Shown in pieces: positions 19,252 to 28,741 of a stretch of DNA of 64,000 nucleotides (positions are counted from its first letter, which is position 1; every line of letters begins with the position of its first letter). Origin of the DNA: Bacteroidia bacterium (GTDB lineage Bacteria; Bacteroidota; Bacteroidia; M30B66); contig OZ257142.1 in NCBI GenBank assembly GCA_965279035.1, positions 384,001-448,000 of the forward strand, read 5' to 3'. The notes under the pieces were generated by a model, which saw only the letters and a list, made by a program, of their open reading frames with translations, was not told the DNA's origin and searched no databases. The position numbers were made by a program, and so were the translations under genes.

Positions 19252-19593
19252 TTATGCCAACTCTTGAATTTTTTCTTCGTCCATGCCAACAATAAGTTGA
19301 CTCCCATTTTCGATAATTGGACGACGAATCATGTTGGGATTTTCGATCATCAATTTAATGGCGGAATTTTCGTCTTTTAATGTTGCTTGTTTTACTAGAG
19401 TTAACTTTTTCCAAGTTAAACCTTGTTTATTGATGAACTTTTCCCAAGGTTCTTTTTTGAACCAATTGCGGATTATATTTTCAGTGATTCCCTGATTTTT
19501 ATAATTGTGGAATGTGTAGTCAACTCCTTTGCTATCGAGCAAATCGGTTGTTTTTTGCATGGTATTGCAATTTTTTATTCCATAGATGATCAT
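19252..19593 (-). CDS. ArsC/Spx/YffB family protein
   Basis: IYGIKNCNTM, INKQGLTWKKL, MIRRPIIE. Start corrected to ATG 19593, supported by the promoter at 19621. Confidence 0.88.
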   Translation of the reverse strand: MIIYGIKNCNTMQKTTDLLDSKGVDYTFHNYKNQGITENIIRNWFKKEPWEKFINKQGLTWKKLTLVKQATLKDENSAIKLMIENPNMIRRPIIENGSQLIVGMDEEKIQELA

Positions 19594-19620
19594 GGGAGAG
19601 AGATAAACTTGTTTAAACGA

Positions 19621-19628
19621 CAAAGGTA
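19621..19628 (-). promoter_or_regulatory. sigma-A -7 element for the ArsC-family gene
   Basis: TACCTTTG on the minus strand. Confidence 0.7.
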
Positions 19629-19639
19629 CACAAAACATT

Positions 19640-19728
19640 GGGCCAGGGATAGAGCTGAGCCTATTTGGCGAAGCGAAAGCCCGGTGCACGAAAGCCGTAG
19701 CGAAGCGGATGGCTTTTCTGCAGGACCC
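19640..19728 (+). ncRNA. Structured intergenic element, copy 1 (possibly Flavo-1-like RNA motif or ssDNA repeat)
   Basis: AGGGATAGA-GCT-GA-GCC-tattt-GGC-GA-AGC-GAAAGCCCGG followed by a second hairpin; covaries with the copy at 30930. Confidence 0.55.
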
Positions 19729-19801
19729 CTAATTATTAAAAATCCCTACATTGTATCGATGTGGAATACGTTTGAATTCCCATAATATGATTTAAGGGAT
19801 T

Positions 19802-19809
19802 TATATTTG
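19802..19809 (+). promoter_or_regulatory. sigma-A -7 element for the sensor phosphatase gene
   Basis: TATATTTG about 50 nt upstream of ATG 19858. Confidence 0.6.
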
Positions 19810-19857
19810 GCAAATCAATATTGGCTGAATGCTTTGTATTGATGTTGATTTTAAAGG

Positions 19858-22800
19858 ATGAGGGTCATTTTAGTATTTATTTTTCTACTTGTTTTAAATG
19901 CATGCTCTTCTAAAAAGGAAGATGAAAAAGCGTTGTTAAATACAGTTGGACAAGAGAATGCTAAACCTAGTATCAAACATGCCGGAAAGCCCGAATTGTT
20001 CTTGTGGAAATCGTTGGAAAAAGCGGAGAAAGTGGCGATTTCGACGTCTAATTTATTTCAAGTTAATGAAGGTTATGATAATACATCTGCTGCCAATTTT
20101 AATGTTCCACTGAAGAAATTTACCTCAGAAAATGGTTTAGGAATCAATGCGGTTATTTGTGGTTATTGTGATAGTCGGGGCAATTTATGGTTTGGAACTA
20201 ACGGAGGCGGAGTTAGTTTTTACAATGGACAAACCTTTGTCAATTTAACAGCAAATCAGGGTTTAGCTGATAATATTGTTCGCTGTATTACCGAAGATGC
20301 TTCTGGTAATATGTGGTTTGGAACACGAGGCGGAGGGATTTCGTGTTATGATGGATTTCGTTTTAGAAATTTTACTACTCAAGAGGGATTAAGCAATAGT
20401 GATGTGCGGTCATTATTGGTGAGTAGGAACGGAAATTTATGGATAGGCACAGAAGGTGGCGGATTGAATATTATGAAACCTGGAGTTGCTGGAATTGGTG
20501 GAAAGATTGAGAAATTTGATTTTGATGGAAAGCCAGAATCGTCAACGATTCAATGTATTTATGAAGACAGTCGTGGATTAATTTGGACTGGAAGTAATTC
20601 AAAAGGAGCAAGTGCATTTGATCCTTCAGGAAAAAACAAACATTCGTTTTTGCATTTTGATTTGCAATCGGGACTAACTGATAGCTCTGTAACTTGTGTG
20701 TTACAAGACAAAGCTGGGGATATCTGGTTAGGCACAAACCGCGGGCTTAGTCGATACAATGGGAAACATTTTATTACCTATACTACCAATGATGGCTTAG
20801 CAGATAACTCAATATTGTGTTTGCTTCAGGATTTAGCGGGTAAAATCTGGATTGGAACTCAAAACGGAGGAGTAAGTTGTTTTGATCCAACAGCCGAACC
20901 GGTATCTGGACGTAAAGCGTTTCATAATTTTAATACTGAAAATGGGCTACCGAATAATCAGATATATAGCATTACAAAAGATCGGTGTGGCAGTTTGTGG
21001 TTTGGTTCGTGGGGTGGTGGAGTTGTACAATACAGCGGAAATTCTATTTCAAGGCTCATGGCTTTGGATGGCTCAGAAAACATCAAAGTAGTTAGCTTAG
21101 CAGAAGACAAAACGGGTGGACTGTGGTTTTTCAATCAACACAATTTACTAACTCGATTTAAAGAAGAAGAAATAGCCGTTTTTACGAACGAAACAATTCG
21201 AAAATTTGGAGTTGTAAGAGGCGCTATTACAGATCGAAAAGGCAATTTGTGGTTTGCCACATCTGGTGCTGGAGTATGTCGATTTGATGGTCAATACTTA
21301 GAATGTTATACGATCAATCAGGGGCTTGTTGGAAATAATACTCGAAGTGTTTTTGAGGATAGTAAAGGACGAATTTGGGTTGGCTCATTTAAGCAAGGAG
21401 TTAGTTGTATTCAAGGCGATTCTATTTTGAATTATACAACAGCTCAAGGCTTATCGAGCAATGAAGTTTGGAATATAATGGAAGACCGAAAAGGAAATAT
21501 TTGGTTTTCGACACATGGTGGAGGAGCGAGTTGCTTTACAGGAAAAGAATTTCGGAATTATTCTACTGAGCAAGGATTGCCTAGTAATGTGATTTGGAAT
21601 GTTACGCAAGATGATGCAGGAAATTTATGGTTTGCCAGTGATGGTGGTGGCATTAGTCGATTTGACGGGGAGACATTTTATACTATATCGGTTGCTCAAG
21701 GTTTGGGTGATGATGTGATCTTATCGACACGTTATGCGCAAGATGGAAGTATCTGGATGGGTACGAATAAAGGTTTTAGTGTTATTCGGATGTTTGTTCA
21801 ATCGAATGATTCTGTTTCAAAAATCGAAAAACCAGTTTCGGCAACAACCAGCTTTACGAATCGTGAATTAAACAGTAAGGGATTCGTTCCTCAGGTAGAT
21901 ATTTACAATAAAAAAACAGGATTTGCCGTCGAAGATCTTTATCCGAACTCACTGTTTTTTGATCGACATGGGATTGTTTGGGCAGGTACTTCTGATGGTT
22001 TAGTTCGATTTGATTATAGGTCGATTCGATCAGGAAATCAACTGCCTACCATTGAATTGCATGCGATTCGAATTAACAATGAAAAAATGTGCTGGCATGA
22101 TTTATCAGAAGAAAAGAACTTGAATCAAGCAGACAGCTTAAATATCCCTACTAACATCAATGAAGAAGTTGCTGTTTGGGGAAGGTCTTTAACTGAAACG
22201 GAGCGTAGTTTATTCCGCAAAAAATTCGGTGACATTCGTTTTTCTAAAATCTCGGGATTTTATCCTTTGCCTCAGCAATTGGAAATTCCCTATCGTTTAA
22301 ATAATATTTCCATTGATTTTGGTGCAATAGAAACTTCACGACCAAGTTTGGTTCGGTATCAATATAAACTTGAGGGTTATGATAATGATTGGAGCCCAGT
22401 GAGTGAAAAGGCGAGTGCTAATTTTGGGAATATATCCGAAGGGACTTATGTTTTCAAAGTGAAGGCACGTGGCCCAGAAGGTATTTGGAGCAAGACCTGC
22501 GAATATTCATTTGTTGTGTTGCCGCCATGGTATCGAACCTGGTGGGCTTTGGCTGCTTATATCTTAATTGGATGTGGAATTCTTGTTTTATTATTTCGTT
22601 GGAGGACGCTTGCTTTGGTTCTTGAAAAGAGAAAGTTAGAAGGTTTAGTGAATGAAAGAACTACTGAAGTTGTTTTGCAAAAGGAGATTGTAGAATATAA
22701 AAACCGAGAAATATTAGCTTCGATTAAATACGCGAAACGCATTCAAACAGCAATACTTCCATCGGGCAGAACGATTAAGCAAAACTTGCCTGAATCATTC

Positions 22801-23454
22801 ATTCTTTATTTGCCGAAAGACATTGTTGCGGGCGATTTTTATTGGATAGAGAAAACTGGAAATCATGTGTTATTTGCTGCGTGTGATTGTACTGGACATG
22901 GCGTACCGGGTGCGATGGTTTCGGTTGTTTGTAATAATGCATTAAATCGTGCAGTAAGGGAATTTGGACTTCAAAAACCTGCCGAGATTTTGGATAAAGT
23001 TGCCAAGTTGGTAATAGAAAATTTTTCGACTAGCGATGATTCAATTGAAGATGGAATGGACATTTCCTTGTGTTCATACAATATTATAACCCATGAACTT
23101 CAATGGGCTGGAGCAAATAATCCACTTTGGATCATTCGAAAAGGTGAGCTCATCATTTATCATCCCGATAAGCAGCCAGTTGGATTACATGAAAACCCGC
23201 TACCCTTTACCAATCATACGATTCAACTTGAAAAGGATGATCAGCTGTATATTTTCAGTGATGGTTTTGCAGATCAGTTTGGTGGCGAAGAGCGGGAGAA
23301 AAAGCTAACACGTAAGCGATTCCGTGAATTGATATTGAGTGTATCGTCCAAAGACATCAAAGCCCAAGGTGATTATTTGGAGTCGTTTATTGTGAATTAT
23401 CGTAATGGATTAATGCAAATAGATGATATATTAATTATTGGAGTAAGGATATAA
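19858..23454 (+). CDS. Periplasmic beta-propeller/Y_Y_Y sensor with cytoplasmic SpoIIE/PP2C phosphatase
   Basis: Repeated D..GNLWFGT.GGG propeller blades, YQYKLEGYD (Y_Y_Y), TM helix after PPWY, then IVAGDFY, DCTGHGVPGA, DGMD, SDGFADQFGG, DDI. Confidence 0.92.
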   Translation: MRVILVFIFLLVLNACSSKKEDEKALLNTVGQENAKPSIKHAGKPELFLWKSLEKAEKVAISTSNLFQVNEGYDNTSAANFNVPLKKFTSENGLGINAVICGYCDSRGNLWFGTNGGGVSFYNGQTFVNLTANQGLADNIVRCITEDASGNMWFGTRGGGISCYDGFRFRNFTTQEGLSNSDVRSLLVSRNGNLWIGTEGGGLNIMKPGVAGIGGKIEKFDFDGKPESSTIQCIYEDSRGLIWTGSNSKGASAFDPSGKNKHSFLHFDLQSGLTDSSVTCVLQDKAGDIWLGTNRGLSRYNGKHFITYTTNDGLADNSILCLLQDLAGKIWIGTQNGGVSCFDPTAEPVSGRKAFHNFNTENGLPNNQIYSITKDRCGSLWFGSWGGGVVQYSGNSISRLMALDGSENIKVVSLAEDKTGGLWFFNQHNLLTRFKEEEIAVFTNETIRKFGVVRGAITDRKGNLWFATSGAGVCRFDGQYLECYTINQGLVGNNTRSVFEDSKGRIWVGSFKQGVSCIQGDSILNYTTAQGLSSNEVWNIMEDRKGNIWFSTHGGGASCFTGKEFRNYSTEQGLPSNVIWNVTQDDAGNLWFASDGGGISRFDGETFYTISVAQGLGDDVILSTRYAQDGSIWMGTNKGFSVIRMFVQSNDSVSKIEKPVSATTSFTNRELNSKGFVPQVDIYNKKTGFAVEDLYPNSLFFDRHGIVWAGTSDGLVRFDYRSIRSGNQLPTIELHAIRINNEKMCWHDLSEEKNLNQADSLNIPTNINEEVAVWGRSLTETERSLFRKKFGDIRFSKISGFYPLPQQLEIPYRLNNISIDFGAIETSRPSLVRYQYKLEGYDNDWSPVSEKASANFGNISEGTYVFKVKARGPEGIWSKTCEYSFVVLPPWYRTWWALAAYILIGCGILVLLFRWRTLALVLEKRKLEGLVNERTTEVVLQKEIVEYKNREILASIKYAKRIQTAILPSGRTIKQNLPESFILYLPKDIVAGDFYWIEKTGNHVLFAACDCTGHGVPGAMVSVVCNNALNRAVREFGLQKPAEILDKVAKLVIENFSTSDDSIEDGMDISLCSYNIITHELQWAGANNPLWIIRKGELIIYHPDKQPVGLHENPLPFTNHTIQLEKDDQLYIFSDGFADQFGGEEREKKLTRKRFRELILSVSSKDIKAQGDYLESFIVNYRNGLMQIDDILIIGVRI

Positions 23455-23479
23455 AAAAAGCCCGGAATTCCAGGCTTTT
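23454..23479. terminator. Bidirectional terminator
   Basis: AAAAGCC-c-GGAATTCC-a-GGCTTTT between convergent genes. Confidence 0.7.
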
Positions 23480-23524
23480 CTTAGTATTTATAATAGAAAG
23501 AAGAAATTAATTTATACCAGATTA

Positions 23525-24703
23525 TTATTTAAAGGCATTGATTCCTGTAACATCCATTCCTGTAATCAAAAGATGAATGTCGTGAGTTCCTTCGTAGGTA
23601 ACAACCGACTCTAGATTCATCATGTGACGCATAATAGGATACTCGCCTGTGATCCCCATTCCACCATGCATTTGACGAGCTTCACGAGCTATTTCAAGCG
23701 CCATGTTTACATTGTTACGTTTGGCCATGGAGATTTGAGCAGCTGTTGCACGATCTTCATTACGAAGTACGCCTAATCGCCAGCAAAGCAATTGTGCCTT
23801 AGTAATTTCGGTAATCATTTCGGCCAGTTTCTTTTGTTGTAGTTGAAAGCCAGCGATTGGTTTCCCAAACTGGATACGTTCTTTGGAATATCGTAAAGCC
23901 GAATCATAGCAATCCATAGCTGCACCAATAACACCCCAAGCGATTCCGTAACGAGCCGAATTGAGGCAACCCAAAGGACCTTTCAATCCTTCAACATTAG
24001 GAAGTAAATTTTCTTTAGGAACTTTTACATTATCGAAAACTAATTCACCTGTTGCAGAAGCACGAAGTGACCATTTGTCGTGTGTTTCAGGTGTGGTGAA
24101 TCCTTCCATACCGCGTTCAACAATGATCCCACGAATTTTCCCAGCTTCATTTTTCGCCCATACCACTGCGATATCAGCAAAAGGAGCATTGGAAATCCAC
24201 ATTTTTGCACCATTGAGTAAGAAATGGTCGCCCATGTCTTTGATATTCGTGATCATACTTCCGGGATCAGATCCGGAATCTGGTTCAGTTAAACCAAAGC
24301 AACCCATCATTTCGCCTGTGGCTAATTTGGGTAGGTATTTACGACGTTGTTCTTCGGAGCCATATTTATAAATAGGGTACATCACTAAAGAACTTTGAAC
24401 AGACGCTGTTGAGCGGATTCCACTATCGCCACGTTCAATTTCTTGCATGATTAAACCGTAGGTAATTTGATCCATTCCTCCTCCGCCATATTCTACCGGA
24501 ATGTATGGTCCAAAAGCTCCGATTTCGCCGAGTCCTTTGATTAATTGTTTAGGAAAAACGCAACGCTGTGCGTGATCTTCAATGATGGGGGTTACTTCTT
24601 TTTTAACCCAGGCACGAACGGTGTCGCGGATTAGCTTTTGTTCGTCAGAAAGCAGATCGTCGATCTGATAATAATCATGGCCTTGAAACCTGTCTTTACT
24701 CAT
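23525..24703 (-). CDS. gcdH: Glutaryl-CoA dehydrogenase
   Basis: ERGDSGIRS, GCFGLTEPDSGSDP, CLNSARYGIAWG, TYEGTHDIH. Confidence 0.88.
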   Translation of the reverse strand: MSKDRFQGHDYYQIDDLLSDEQKLIRDTVRAWVKKEVTPIIEDHAQRCVFPKQLIKGLGEIGAFGPYIPVEYGGGGMDQITYGLIMQEIERGDSGIRSTASVQSSLVMYPIYKYGSEEQRRKYLPKLATGEMMGCFGLTEPDSGSDPGSMITNIKDMGDHFLLNGAKMWISNAPFADIAVVWAKNEAGKIRGIIVERGMEGFTTPETHDKWSLRASATGELVFDNVKVPKENLLPNVEGLKGPLGCLNSARYGIAWGVIGAAMDCYDSALRYSKERIQFGKPIAGFQLQQKKLAEMITEITKAQLLCWRLGVLRNEDRATAAQISMAKRNNVNMALEIAREARQMHGGMGITGEYPIMRHMMNLESVVTYEGTHDIHLLITGMDVTGINAFK

Positions 24704-24731
24704 GGTGAAGAATGATTTGATTTTGCGGATG

Positions 24732-24739
24732 CAAAAGTA
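24732..24739 (-). promoter_or_regulatory. sigma-A -7 element for gcdH
   Basis: TACTTTTG on the minus strand, about 30 nt upstream of the start. Confidence 0.7.
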
Positions 24740-24878
24740 TGTTTTTCGGTTTGTGATTGAACAGATTAAGAGGATGATTGTTTGATGAGTTTAATTTAAC
24801 ATGAACCGATTCATTGAATCCCTAATTTTACACGATTCTTAATTCAATCATCTTTCTTTTTCTTGATAAATTCCCAAC

Positions 24879-25454
24879 ATGGCAGCAAAGAAAACAGCGA
24901 CTCCTAAAAAAGCAACGGCAACTAAAAAGGCAACAACAATAAAAAAAACTGTTCGTAAGCCAACGAGCCCATCTTCTTCTGCACGATCAACAAATTCCAT
25001 TGGATTGGATTCTGTTCAAGGAAAAGAACTCGCCGAAAAGCTGAATGATTTATTAGCAAACTATCAGATATTCTATATGAATACGCGTGGTTTTCATTGG
25101 AACATCAAAGGGGAAAAGTTTTTCGAATTGCATTTGAAATTTGAGGAACTCTATAGCGATTTGGTTTTGAAAATAGATGAAATCGCTGAACGTGTGTTAA
25201 CTTTAGGACACATTCCTATGCATGGATATGATGATTACTTGAAATCTTCTGTTGTTAAACCTTTGAAAAATATTAGCGAAGGGAAAAAGGCAATTCAAGC
25301 AATTCTAGATTCATTCAAAGTGCTCATAACAAAACAGCGTGTATTGCTTGATTTATCGGATGTTGCCGATGATGAGGGAACCAATGCCTTAATGAGTGAT
25401 TATATCCGCCAACAAGAAAAATTGGTGTGGATGTATTCATCCGTTTTGGGTTGA
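24879..25454 (+). CDS. dps: Dps DNA-protection ferritin-like protein with Lys/Ala/Thr-rich N-terminal tail
   Basis: FHWNIKG, FFELHLKFEELY, IDEIAER, DDEGT, EKLVWM. Confidence 0.93.
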   Translation: MAAKKTATPKKATATKKATTIKKTVRKPTSPSSSARSTNSIGLDSVQGKELAEKLNDLLANYQIFYMNTRGFHWNIKGEKFFELHLKFEELYSDLVLKIDEIAERVLTLGHIPMHGYDDYLKSSVVKPLKNISEGKKAIQAILDSFKVLITKQRVLLDLSDVADDEGTNALMSDYIRQQEKLVWMYSSVLG

Positions 25455-25476
25455 TAAACAATAGAACATAGAAATT

Positions 25477-25518
25477 GAACCCATTTGTTGAGTTGAAATT
25501 CAATGAATGGGTTCTTTC
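25477..25518 (+). terminator. Hairpin downstream of dps
   Basis: GAACCCATTTGTTGAG...TTCAATGAATGGGTTC stem of about 16 bp with G-U pairs and a short T tail. Confidence 0.6.
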
Positions 25519-25569
25519 ATTATTGCCAATCTGATTTATATTGCAAGCAATTAAAAACCACCTTTCATC

Positions 25570-26763
25570 ATGTACGAATCGTATCAGCAATTTTTACAAC
25601 AAGAACTTAAAGCCATTGATGAAGCTGGGCTTTTTAAACGTGAGCGGATAATACTAAATCCTCAGGGAGCAGATATTAAAGTAAGTACTGGACAAGAAGT
25701 CGTGAATTTTTGTGCGAACAATTATCTTGGACTTTCTTCACATCCAGCAGTCATTAAAGCAGCGCACGAAACGCTCGATAGCCATGGATTTGGGATGAGC
25801 AGCGTTCGGTTTATATGCGGAACACAGGATATTCACAAAGAGTTGGAACGGAAAATATCCGAATTTTTAGGTACAGAAGACACGATACTTTATGCCGCTG
25901 CATTTGATGCAAATGGTGGTGTTTTCGAACCATTGTTTGGTGCCGAAGACGCTATTATTTCTGATTCCTTGAATCATGCTTCCATCATTGATGGTGTTCG
26001 TTTATGCAAAGCTGTGCGTTATCGATACAACAATAACGATATGGCCGATTTGGAAGCAAGACTAATCGAATCTCAAGCTCAACGTTTTCGAATTATTGTT
26101 ACCGATGGTGTTTTTTCGATGGATGGCTACATTGCTCAACTGGATAAAATTGTTGAGTTAGCTGAGAAATACAATGCCTTGATCATGGTTGATGATTGTC
26201 ACAGCACAGGCTTCCTCGGTAAAACAGGTCGCGGGACTGCCGAACATTGTGGGGTTTTTGGTAAGATCGACATCATCACAGGAACATTGGGAAAAGCTTT
26301 GGGTGGCGCCATGGGTGGATTTACTTCCGGAAAAAAAGAAATTATCGATTTGCTGCGTCAACGATCTCGTCCGTATTTATTCTCCAATTCATTAGCTCCT
26401 GCAATTGTTGGAGCGGGTATCGCTGTGTTGGACTTATTGAGTTCATCAACACATTTGAGAGATAAACTCATGGAAAACACCAGCTATTTCAGAGCAAAAA
26501 TGAAAGAAGCTGGATTTGATATCAAAGAAGGTGTTCATCCAATTTGTCCAATCATGTTATATGATGCGCGATTGAGTCAGGTTTTTGCGGAGAAACTCTT
26601 AGCCGAAGGTATTTATGTTATTGGATTTTACTATCCCGTTGTTCCAAAAGATCAAGCAAGAATACGCGTTCAAATTTCTGCCGCTCATGAACGTCATCAT
26701 TTGGATAAAGCCATTGCGGCATTTATCAAAGTGGGAAATGAGTTAGGTGTAATTAATAAATAA
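25570..26763 (+). CDS. kbl: 2-amino-3-ketobutyrate CoA ligase (glycine C-acetyltransferase)
   Basis: [32 protein letters not shown] (PLP Lys), [10 protein letters not shown]. Confidence 0.96.
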   Translation: MYESYQQFLQQELKAIDEAGLFKRERIILNPQGADIKVSTGQEVVNFCANNYLGLSSHPAVIKAAHETLDSHGFGMSSVRFICGTQDIHKELERKISEFLGTEDTILYAAAFDANGGVFEPLFGAEDAIISDSLNHASIIDGVRLCKAVRYRYNNNDMADLEARLIESQAQRFRIIVTDGVFSMDGYIAQLDKIVELAEKYNALIMVDDCHSTGFLGKTGRGTAEHCGVFGKIDIITGTLGKALGGAMGGFTSGKKEIIDLLRQRSRPYLFSNSLAPAIVGAGIAVLDLLSSSTHLRDKLMENTSYFRAKMKEAGFDIKEGVHPICPIMLYDARLSQVFAEKLLAEGIYVIGFYYPVVPKDQARIRVQISAAHERHHLDKAIAAFIKVGNELGVINK

Positions 26764-26775
26764 ACATTCTGAACC

Positions 26776-27507
26776 ATGATTAAAAAGGCAATCTTATTCG
26801 TTGGACTAACTCTGCCAATGCTTGTTTCTGCTCAAATACCTGAGCCAACGATATCGTATCAAAAGAGTTATTTCGCCACAGTTTCGGAAGGGATACTTTC
26901 TGCCGGAAATTTGGGAAAAGTTGCATTATACGATCCATCTCTACCAATTCCTTCCAATGTGTTAGATTTTGGGCATCAGTCAACACCCGTAATTCGTTAT
27001 TCAACGTTCTTGCATTTAGGTGAGCAATTGCATGTGAATTTCAGCAATACGTTTGGGTTTTATACTGGAATTGGAATGCGCAATATTGGAATGATCAATC
27101 GCTTAAGCGACAGTGTGAAAGTAAAGCAACGTGTTTATTCTGTTGGGATTCCTGTAGCGTTGAAAATTGGGAACATGGGCAAAAAGGCTTATGCAGCATT
27201 TGGTGCAGAACTCGAACTCTTTTTCAACTACAAACAAAAGACGTTTAAAGGAAGTGGCAGAGGCGATAAAGTGGAGAAATTCAATGAGTGGTTTTCTAAC
27301 CGCACTGAACTTTTTAATCCATCGGTGTTTGCTGAGTTTAATTTTGGGAAAGGCACTTACATTAAAGTGCGTTATTACTTGAATAACTTTTTAATTGCAG
27401 GCAATCAGTCATTCACATTGAACAACGTTAAATATGGTTTTAGACCAGAAAAATCGCAGCTTTTCTCGCTGTCATTTGGTCGCGTGATTGGAAAAAAACG
27501 GAAATAA
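26776..27507 (+). CDS. Hypothetical outer-membrane beta-barrel protein
   Basis: Signal peptide VSA-Q; alternating amphipathic beta-strand pattern. Confidence 0.55.
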   Translation: MIKKAILFVGLTLPMLVSAQIPEPTISYQKSYFATVSEGILSAGNLGKVALYDPSLPIPSNVLDFGHQSTPVIRYSTFLHLGEQLHVNFSNTFGFYTGIGMRNIGMINRLSDSVKVKQRVYSVGIPVALKIGNMGKKAYAAFGAELELFFNYKQKTFKGSGRGDKVEKFNEWFSNRTELFNPSVFAEFNFGKGTYIKVRYYLNNFLIAGNQSFTLNNVKYGFRPEKSQLFSLSFGRVIGKKRK

Positions 27508-27520
27508 TTCTGAAAAAAAC

Positions 27521-27554
27521 AAAAGCCACGAAAAATCAATTTCGTGGCTTTTTT
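27521..27554. terminator. Bidirectional terminator
   Basis: AAAAGCCACGAAA-aatcaa-TTTCGTGGCTTTT. Confidence 0.88.
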
Positions 27555-27569
27555 ATAGGATTGAATACC

Positions 27570-28547
27570 TTAAAATCCTGCAGGAACCGGTTTGTTTTTG
27601 ACAGCATTTTCAATTTGAAGCATAACTTCCTCGGTGAGCAATGGAACTACTTCGAGTGCTTTGAAATTGTCGATCAAATGATCTTTTCGAGAGGCACCTA
27701 AAATAACGGTGCTCACGTTTTTATTTTTCAAACACCAAGCAATAGCTAATTGCGGAAGAGTCGTTCCGAGATCTTGAGCTAATACGTTCAGTTCACGAGC
27801 GATGTGTAAGTTTTCTTCGGTGTGCATTTTATCGCGAAGCCATTCCAAACCTTGCATGCCGAGACGTGTTCCATCGGGGAAGCCATCATTGTATTTACCT
27901 GATAAAATTCCAGACGCTAATGGTGACCAGATTGTTGATCCATAGCCCATTTCGGAAAAGATGCGTTCGTATTCTACCTCAAATCGATCGCGATGGAGCA
28001 AGTTATATTGTGGTTGTTCCATAGTTGGCGGAATCAAATGCTCGCGACGGGCAATGTGAAATGCCTCCATGATTTGTTGAGAGCTCCATTCGGAAGTTCC
28101 CCAATAGAGAATTTTTCCTTGGCGGATTAGGTCGTTCATAACCCAAACGGTTTCTTCCATGGGCGTATTGGGATCGGGGCGATGGCAGAAATACAAATCG
28201 AGGTAATCGAGTTGGAAGCGTTTTAATGCTGCATGACAGGCTTCGAACACATGCTTGCGCGATAATCCAGTTTGGTTGGGTTTATCGCCACCCCAAAATA
28301 CTTTGCTCGAAACCACATAGGAATCGCGACGCCAATCCTGTTTTTTAAGGATGTTTCCCATGACGATTTCGCTTTTTCCACGTGCGTAGATTTCGGCATT
28401 GTCGAAAAAGTTAACGCCATGTTCGTAAGCGGTGACCATGAGTTCTTCGGCTACATCATCGCTGATTTGTTTGCCGAATGTGAGCCAAGAACCTAATGAT
28501 AAAGCGGATAGTTGCAGACCAGAGCGGCCTAAACGACGGTATTCCAT
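27570..28547 (-). CDS. Aldo/keto reductase (Kv-beta-like)
   Basis: LSLGSWLTFG, FFDNAEIY, YFCHRPD, YWGTSEW, WSPLASG. Confidence 0.92.
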   Translation of the reverse strand: MEYRRLGRSGLQLSALSLGSWLTFGKQISDDVAEELMVTAYEHGVNFFDNAEIYARGKSEIVMGNILKKQDWRRDSYVVSSKVFWGGDKPNQTGLSRKHVFEACHAALKRFQLDYLDLYFCHRPDPNTPMEETVWVMNDLIRQGKILYWGTSEWSSQQIMEAFHIARREHLIPPTMEQPQYNLLHRDRFEVEYERIFSEMGYGSTIWSPLASGILSGKYNDGFPDGTRLGMQGLEWLRDKMHTEENLHIARELNVLAQDLGTTLPQLAIAWCLKNKNVSTVILGASRKDHLIDNFKALEVVPLLTEEVMLQIENAVKNKPVPAGF

Positions 28548-28703
28548 GTTTTTATTTTTTCTTCAGCCAAATGCTGCGAGTAATGAATGCTTAAAGCGTG
28601 AAAATGTTTGGTAAATTAACAAATAAGCAGCGGAATGAATTCCGGGATTGCTCGAAAAAGGTTGATTTAATCCCGTAAATGAATTAATTGAACAATAGCC
28701 GTG

Positions 28704-28711
28704 TACATTTG
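28704..28711 (+). promoter_or_regulatory. sigma-A -7 element for ptrB
   Basis: TACATTTG 30 nt upstream of ATG 28742. Confidence 0.7.
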
Positions 28712-28741
28712 CCAACCCAATCTTGAAACAGTCCACAAACT

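Noticed and set aside
19640-19728. Hammerhead ribozyme or riboswitch reading of the element
   Set aside because: No CUGAnGA core; the element lies upstream of both neighbouring promoters and has no expression platform.
19423-19785. 120-aa plus-strand ORF and the 19594-19689 N-terminal extension of the ArsC-family ORF
   Set aside because: Both read through a promoter and the structured element; the ArsC fold begins at ATG 19593.
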